DNA of 64,000 nucleotides from an uncultured bacterium (GTDB taxonomy: Bacteria > Omnitrophota > Gorgyraeia > Duberdicusellales > CBEUCJ01). Below the pieces are notes generated by a model. That model saw nothing but the letters and a program-made list of their open reading frames with translations, ran no database searches and was not told the origin of the DNA. Shown piece after piece: positions 59,048 through 64,000 of this stretch (positions are counted from its first letter, which is position 1; every line of letters begins with the position of its first letter). The stretch is taken from assembly GCA_965541615.1 (NCBI GenBank), contig CBEUCJ010000001.1:259754-323753 (forward strand), written 5' to 3'. A program made the position numbers and the translations under genes.

Positions 59048-60319
59048 ATGGCTAAGATTTCAAAGATTAAAGCAAGAGAGATCTTAGATTCAAGGGGAAA
59101 TCCGACTTTAGAAGTAGATGTTTTACTTTCGGATGGTTCTTTTGCAAGAGCAGCTGTTCCTTCAGGAGCTTCTACAGGAGAGAGAGAAGCTTTGGAGTTG
59201 AGAGACAAAGATAAAGATAGATTTTTAGGAAAAGGAGTGTTGAAAGCTGTAGAGAATGTGAACAAAATTATTTTTAAAAAGATAAAAGGCTTAGAGGCAG
59301 ATTTTAGAAAAATAGATAAGATTTTAATAGAATTGGATTCTACTGAGAATAAATCCAGATTAGGTGCTAATGCTATTTTAGGAGTTTCTTTAGCTGTAGC
59401 TAAAGCTCAAAGTGTTTCTAAAAAATTACCTTTTTATAAATTTTTAAATAAAAAAGCAAAAGTACTCCCTGTTCCTTTAATGAATATTTTGAATGGAGGT
59501 TTGCACGCAGATAACAATTTAGATATTCAAGAATTTATGATAGTTCCTTGGGGGTTTGGTAGTTTTAAGAGAGCTTTACAAGCAGCTTCAGAGATATTTC
59601 ATACTTTGAAAAAAATATTGAAATCAAAAGGATTGACGACTTCTGTTGGAGATGAAGGTGGTTTTGCTCCTAATTTAAATAAGAATGAAGAAGCTATAAA
59701 ATTGATTTTAAAAGCAATTAAGACTGCAGGATACAAAGAAGGAAAAGAAATAGCTTTAGCTTTAGATGTAGCAGCTTCATCTTTATCAAAAAATGGCGTT
59801 TATCTTTTTGAGAATAGGAAAGTAGATTCAAATTATCTTATAGATTTTTATAAAAGACTAATTAAAAAGTATCCTATCGTGAGTATAGAAGATGGATTAG
59901 GTGAGAATGACTGGCAAGGTTGGCAAAAGCTTACTCAAACTTTGGGCAAAAGTATTCAACTTGTAGGAGATGATATCTTTGTGACCAATCCTAAGCTCTT
60001 AAAAGAAGGTATTGAAAAAAACATAGCGAATGCAATTTTAGTTAAAGTTAATCAAATAGGCACCTTATCTGAAACTTTAGAAACAGTTAAACTCGCTAAA
60101 TCTAGTGGTTACAAAAGTATAATATCTCATAGATCAGGAGAGACTGAAGACGTAACTATTTCTCATATAGCAGTGGGTTTAGAAACCGGACAAATAAAAA
60201 CAGGTTCTGTTTCAAGGACAGATAGAATAGCTAAATACAATGAGTTACTGAGAATAGAAGAAGAATTAGGCAAGAAAGCTGAATTTGCAGGTTATTTTTT
60301 GAATAAAAAATGGTTGTAA
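59048..60319 (+). CDS. eno: Enolase
   Basis: [21 protein letters not shown]; SHRSGETED. Confidence 0.95.
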   Translation: MAKISKIKAREILDSRGNPTLEVDVLLSDGSFARAAVPSGASTGEREALELRDKDKDRFLGKGVLKAVENVNKIIFKKIKGLEADFRKIDKILIELDSTENKSRLGANAILGVSLAVAKAQSVSKKLPFYKFLNKKAKVLPVPLMNILNGGLHADNNLDIQEFMIVPWGFGSFKRALQAASEIFHTLKKILKSKGLTTSVGDEGGFAPNLNKNEEAIKLILKAIKTAGYKEGKEIALALDVAASSLSKNGVYLFENRKVDSNYLIDFYKRLIKKYPIVSIEDGLGENDWQGWQKLTQTLGKSIQLVGDDIFVTNPKLLKEGIEKNIANAILVKVNQIGTLSETLETVKLAKSSGYKSIISHRSGETEDVTISHIAVGLETGQIKTGSVSRTDRIAKYNELLRIEEELGKKAEFAGYFLNKKWL

Positions 60320-60576
60320 AGATTTTTAGATTCAGTATAATTTCTTTAGCAGTTGTTGGTGTTCTTTCTTATCTGTACTTTCCATCTCTTTCAAGATTAA
60401 AAGAGTTAAAAGAGATAGAGAAAGATTTAGATAATAAAATTTTTTTGTTAAAATCAGAAATCAATGATTTAAAGAGAGAGATAAAGTTAGCTGATTCTGC
60501 TGAATACAAAAAATATCTGATTAGAAAGAAATTGAATCTTTTAAAAGAAGGAGAATATATTTTAGAGATAAAAAAT

Positions 60577-60653
<77 letters not shown>

Positions 60654-60669
60654 TCTCTTTAAACTAAAA

Positions 60670-60984
60670 ATGAAAGAAGCAGTAGTATTAGTAGGAGGAA
60701 AACAATACATAGTAAATGAAGGAGATGTTTTAGATATAGAAAAGATAGAGAATTCTCCAGGAGAGAAAATTACTTTAGATAAAGTTCTGTTGGTAGCTAC
60801 AGATAAAGAGATTTTAATTGGAAAACCGTTCTTAAAAAATGTGAATGTAAAAGCAGAAGTTTTAGAACATTTAAAAGCAAAAAAAGTTATACATTTCAAA
60901 TACACTCCTAAGAAAAATTCCAAAAGAAAAAAAGGTCACAGGCAGCCTCTCACTCGTATTAAAGTCCTCAACATCAACATTTAA
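60670..60984 (+). CDS. rplU: 50S ribosomal protein bL21
   Basis: MKEAVVLVGGKQYIVNEGDVLDIEKI. Confidence 0.9.
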   Translation: MKEAVVLVGGKQYIVNEGDVLDIEKIENSPGEKITLDKVLLVATDKEILIGKPFLKNVNVKAEVLEHLKAKKVIHFKYTPKKNSKRKKGHRQPLTRIKVLNINI

Positions 60985-60986
60985 AA

Positions 60987-61946
60987 TTGTTTTTAGATCA
61001 AGTAATAATAAAAGTAAAAGCAGGTGATGGTGGAAAAGGATGTGAAAGTTTTAAAAAACTTTCCTATAAAAAAAAGATACCCACAGGTGGAGATGGTGGT
61101 AAAGGGGGAGATGTAATTGTAAAAGCTGTATCTCAAAGACTTACTTTAATAGATTTCTGGTATAAAAATTTTTTAAAAGCTGAATCTGGGAAACCTGGTG
61201 GCCCAAATTATAAAAAAGGAAGAGATGGTAAAGATTTGATAATAGAAGTCCCTCCAGGTACCATTGTAAAAGATTTAAAAAGAAATGTAATTTTAGGAGA
61301 TTTAAAAGAAGGTCAAATAATTAAAATAGCTAAAGGTGGCAGAGGTGGTAGAGGTAATGCAAGATTTTTATTCGCTGAAGAAGGTCAAAAAGGCCAAGAA
61401 AAAGAAATCCTTTTAGAATTAAAATTAATAGCCCAAGTAGGTTTAATTGGTTTTCCTAATGCTGGAAAGTCTACTTTGATAAATGCCTTGTGTAGAACCT
61501 CTTCAAAAGTAGGTTCTTATCCTTTTACTACCAAATCTCCTGTAATAGGAATTTTTGAATATAAAGATAAAAAAATAAGTATAGCAGATCTACCAGGTAT
61601 AATTAAAGGAGCTCATTTAGGTAAAGGTTTGGGGATAAGATTTTTAAAACATATTGAAAGGACTCAAATTTTAGTCTTTGTGTTAGACCCTTCTCCTTTT
61701 CAGAATTTAAATTTAGTTGAACAGTTAGAGGTTCTTAGAGATGAGTTAAGAAATTATAAATTTGATTTAGAAAAGAGAAAGTATATAATTTGTATAAATA
61801 AAATAGACTTAAATGTAAGAAAAGAGATTCAGACTTTTAAAAGAAATTTTAAAGAAGAAGTAATATTGATTTCAGCCTTAAAAAAGAAAGGTTTAGAAAA
61901 GTTAAAAAGGAAAATTTTAGAGTTGCTGAATGAAGATAGTAATTAA
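60987..61946 (+). CDS. obg: GTPase Obg/CgtA (TTG start; Obg fold plus G domain, no C-terminal OCT domain)
   Basis: FLDQVIIKVKAGDGGKGCESF...GGDGGKGGDVI glycine-rich Obg fold; GFPNAGKST. Confidence 0.85.
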   Translation: MFLDQVIIKVKAGDGGKGCESFKKLSYKKKIPTGGDGGKGGDVIVKAVSQRLTLIDFWYKNFLKAESGKPGGPNYKKGRDGKDLIIEVPPGTIVKDLKRNVILGDLKEGQIIKIAKGGRGGRGNARFLFAEEGQKGQEKEILLELKLIAQVGLIGFPNAGKSTLINALCRTSSKVGSYPFTTKSPVIGIFEYKDKKISIADLPGIIKGAHLGKGLGIRFLKHIERTQILVFVLDPSPFQNLNLVEQLEVLRDELRNYKFDLEKRKYIICINKIDLNVRKEIQTFKRNFKEEVILISALKKKGLEKLKRKILELLNEDSN

Positions 61947-62970
61947 GATAGGTTCATCTGTAATATATAGAGAAGAGAAAATAAGAGAAGATATTTTGAA
62001 AAATCTAATAACCCAAATAGTTAAGTTACAAGATTTAGGTTATAAAGTATTTTTGGTAAGTTCAGGAGCTATAGCTTTAGGAGCAAACTTTTACAACTTT
62101 AAAAATAGACCTAAAAAACTTTCTCAACTTCAAAGCTGCGCAGCTGTAGGTCAAGTTTTATTAATGCAACTTTATAATAAACTACTTTCACCTTTTGAAA
62201 GAATATCTGCTCAAGTTTTGTTAACTTGGGATGATTTTAAGTGTCGCAAGAGGTTTATAAATGCTAAAAATACACTCTTAGAACTAACAAAGAGAAAAAC
62301 TCTCCCTATAATAAATGAAAACGATACTGTTAGTGTAGAAGAGATACAATTTGGAGATAATGATAAACTTTCAGCTCTGGTAGCTTGTTTGGTAGATGCA
62401 ACCAGATTACTAATAATTACAGATGTAGAAGGTTTATATGTAAGAGGAGAATTGGTAAAGGAAGTAAAAGATATAAATGAAGATTTACTTAAGTATTGCA
62501 AAGAAAAAAATTATGGGATGAGAGTAGGAGGTATGAAGAGTAAAATAGAAGCTGCAAAGTTAGCTACAGAAGCAGGTATAAAGGTAGATATCGTTAGCTT
62601 TTCAAAACCTGAAGTAATTTTAAATACAGTAACTAAAGATGAGATTTTAGGTACAAGATTTTATCCAAAGATTAAGTTAAAAAGTATAAAAAGATGGATA
62701 GCTTTTGGGAGTGTGCCTTGTGGGAAAATATTTGTAGATGAAGGTGCAAAAAGAGCTTTGACAGAAAGAAATTCAAGTCTGCTCCTTCCAGGGATAATAA
62801 AGATAGAAGGTGATTTTAAAGAAAAAGATGTAGTAGAGGTATTAGATACCCAAGGAACTTGCTTTGCTAAAGGTCAAGTTAATTTTTCTGCAGAGTTTTT
62901 AAAGAGGAACATGAAGAAAAAAAAGTTAGATAAAGAAGTTATCCACAGAGATTATTTAGTTATTCTCTAA
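61930..62970 (+). CDS. proB: Glutamate 5-kinase with C-terminal PUA domain
   Basis: IVIKIGSSVI; AAK fold motifs; C-terminal PUA. Confidence 0.85.
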   Translation: MKIVIKIGSSVIYREEKIREDILKNLITQIVKLQDLGYKVFLVSSGAIALGANFYNFKNRPKKLSQLQSCAAVGQVLLMQLYNKLLSPFERISAQVLLTWDDFKCRKRFINAKNTLLELTKRKTLPIINENDTVSVEEIQFGDNDKLSALVACLVDATRLLIITDVEGLYVRGELVKEVKDINEDLLKYCKEKNYGMRVGGMKSKIEAAKLATEAGIKVDIVSFSKPEVILNTVTKDEILGTRFYPKIKLKSIKRWIAFGSVPCGKIFVDEGAKRALTERNSSLLLPGIIKIEGDFKEKDVVEVLDTQGTCFAKGQVNFSAEFLKRNMKKKKLDKEVIHRDYLVIL

Positions 62971-62986
62971 AAGAAGGAGGTCAATA

Positions 62987-64000
62987 ATGCAAACATTAAA
63001 GAAAAAAATTTTAGAGTTAGCAAAGAGAGTAAAAGAAGCTCAAAAGTATCTATATAAAATTTCTGAAGATACAAAAGATCAAATTCTTAAAGAAATGGCT
63101 CAGAGATTAAAAGAAAATAAAGAGATGTTGTTAAGAGAGAATGAAAAGGATGTAAAAAAAGCTAAGAAAGATAAGATGCCATCTAGTTTCATAGATAGGT
63201 TGGTTTTAAACGAGAAAAGAATAGAAGCAATGAGTAAAAGCTTGGAAGAAATTTCTAATCTAAGATCTCCAGTAGGAGAGATAATTAAGGGATGGGAAAG
63301 ACCAAACAGATTAAAGATTCAGAAAGTAAGGGTCCCAATAGGAGTTATTTTAATAATTTATGAAGCAAGACCTACTGTAACTTCAGATTGTATAGGTTTG
63401 TGTTTTAAGACATCGAATGGCTTAATCTTGAGAGGCTCTTCACATGCTTTAAATTCAAATTTAGCTATTGTAAAAGTTTTAAAACAAGTATTAGTAGAAA
63501 AAGGATTTAAAAAAGATTTTTTTGCTTATGTACCTTTTAAAGAAAGAGAAGCAGTAAAGATATTATTAAGTTGCAAAGAATATATAGATTTAGTTATTCC
63601 AAGAGGAGGAGAATCTTTAATTAAGGCTATAGAGAAAATGAGTAAGATTCCAGTTATAAAGCATTATAAAGGAGTCTGCCACATATATGTAGATAAGTTT
63701 GCAAATATAGATATAGCTTTGAAAGTATGTTTTAATGCTAAAGTCCAGAGACCTTCTGTGTGCAATGCAGTAGAAACTTTATTAGTACACAAAGATATAG
63801 CTAAAAAATTTTTACCTTTAATAGCTCAAAAATTCAAAGAAGCCAAAGTAGTTTTGAAAGGATGTCCAAAGACCAAAAAGATATTGACAGATATAGAACG
63901 TGCTGCTCAAAAAGATTGGTATACAGAGTATTTGGACCTAATTATCTCCATAAAAGTTGTAGATTCTTTAGAGGAGGCTATAGACCATATAAATACTTAT
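62987..64000 (+). CDS. proA: Gamma-glutamyl phosphate reductase, 3' end beyond the window
   Basis: AGGAGG RBS; open frame to the window edge; aldehyde-dehydrogenase-like sequence following proB. Confidence 0.8.
   Translation, partial: MQTLKKKILELAKRVKEAQKYLYKISEDTKDQILKEMAQRLKENKEMLLRENEKDVKKAKKDKMPSSFIDRLVLNEKRIEAMSKSLEEISNLRSPVGEIIKGWERPNRLKIQKVRVPIGVILIIYEARPTVTSDCIGLCFKTSNGLILRGSSHALNSNLAIVKVLKQVLVEKGFKKDFFAYVPFKEREAVKILLSCKEYIDLVIPRGGESLIKAIEKMSKIPVIKHYKGVCHIYVDKFANIDIALKVCFNAKVQRPSVCNAVETLLVHKDIAKKFLPLIAQKFKEAKVVLKGCPKTKKILTDIERAAQKDWYTEYLDLIISIKVVDSLEEAIDHINTY

Overview
This 64 kb window is a strongly AT-rich, gene-dense bacterial chromosomal segment. Every credible gene (about 80 CDS and 7 tRNAs) lies on the + strand, and many adjacent genes overlap by 1-40 nt, consistent with compact operons. 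The tRNA genes are GC-rich and the proteins are K/E/I-rich, which suggests a low-GC thermophilic diderm. Lipid A and outer-membrane genes are present (bamA-skp-lpxD-lpxC/fabZ-lpxA-lpxI, lpxL-like, hldD, lnt). Most of the window is conserved housekeeping synteny: ispE-spoVG-tRNA(Gln)-glmU-prs-rplY-pth; rpsF-ssb-rpsR-rplI-dnaB; archease-rtcB-serS; miaB-miaA-hflX; rplU-obg-proB-proA; eno; split transketolase; hisG. There is a large heat-shock supercluster (MerR/HspR-like, CIRCE-hsp20, rhomboid, clpB, hpf, CIRCE-hrcA-grpE-dnaK-dnaJ) containing two perfect CIRCE operators and an extra inverted half-CIRCE. No CRISPR arrays, transposases, integrases or phage structural genes were seen. The regions most worth a second look are these. 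(1) 52.8-58.6 kb: a membrane-anchored PFL-AE/AmmeMemoRadiSam-like radical SAM enzyme translationally coupled to a two-cysteine CcdA/DsbD-like membrane protein, then an exported FIST-domain protein, a sensor kinase, a response regulator and a NIL-domain ferredoxin. (2) 50.2-52.8 kb: a four-gene minor-pilin-like operon whose prepilin motifs have Ser instead of Gly at -1 and very short leaders. (3) 1.6-5.6 kb: a tightly coupled lipid-remodelling cluster (LpxL-family acyltransferase, patatin, radical SAM/SPASM, CdsA/CarS-family enzyme). (4) Two stand-alone micro-ORFs encoding extremely basic peptides with strong expression signals. (5) A SpoVG fused to a zinc ribbon. All functional calls rest on motif and family recognition by eye, without database searches.
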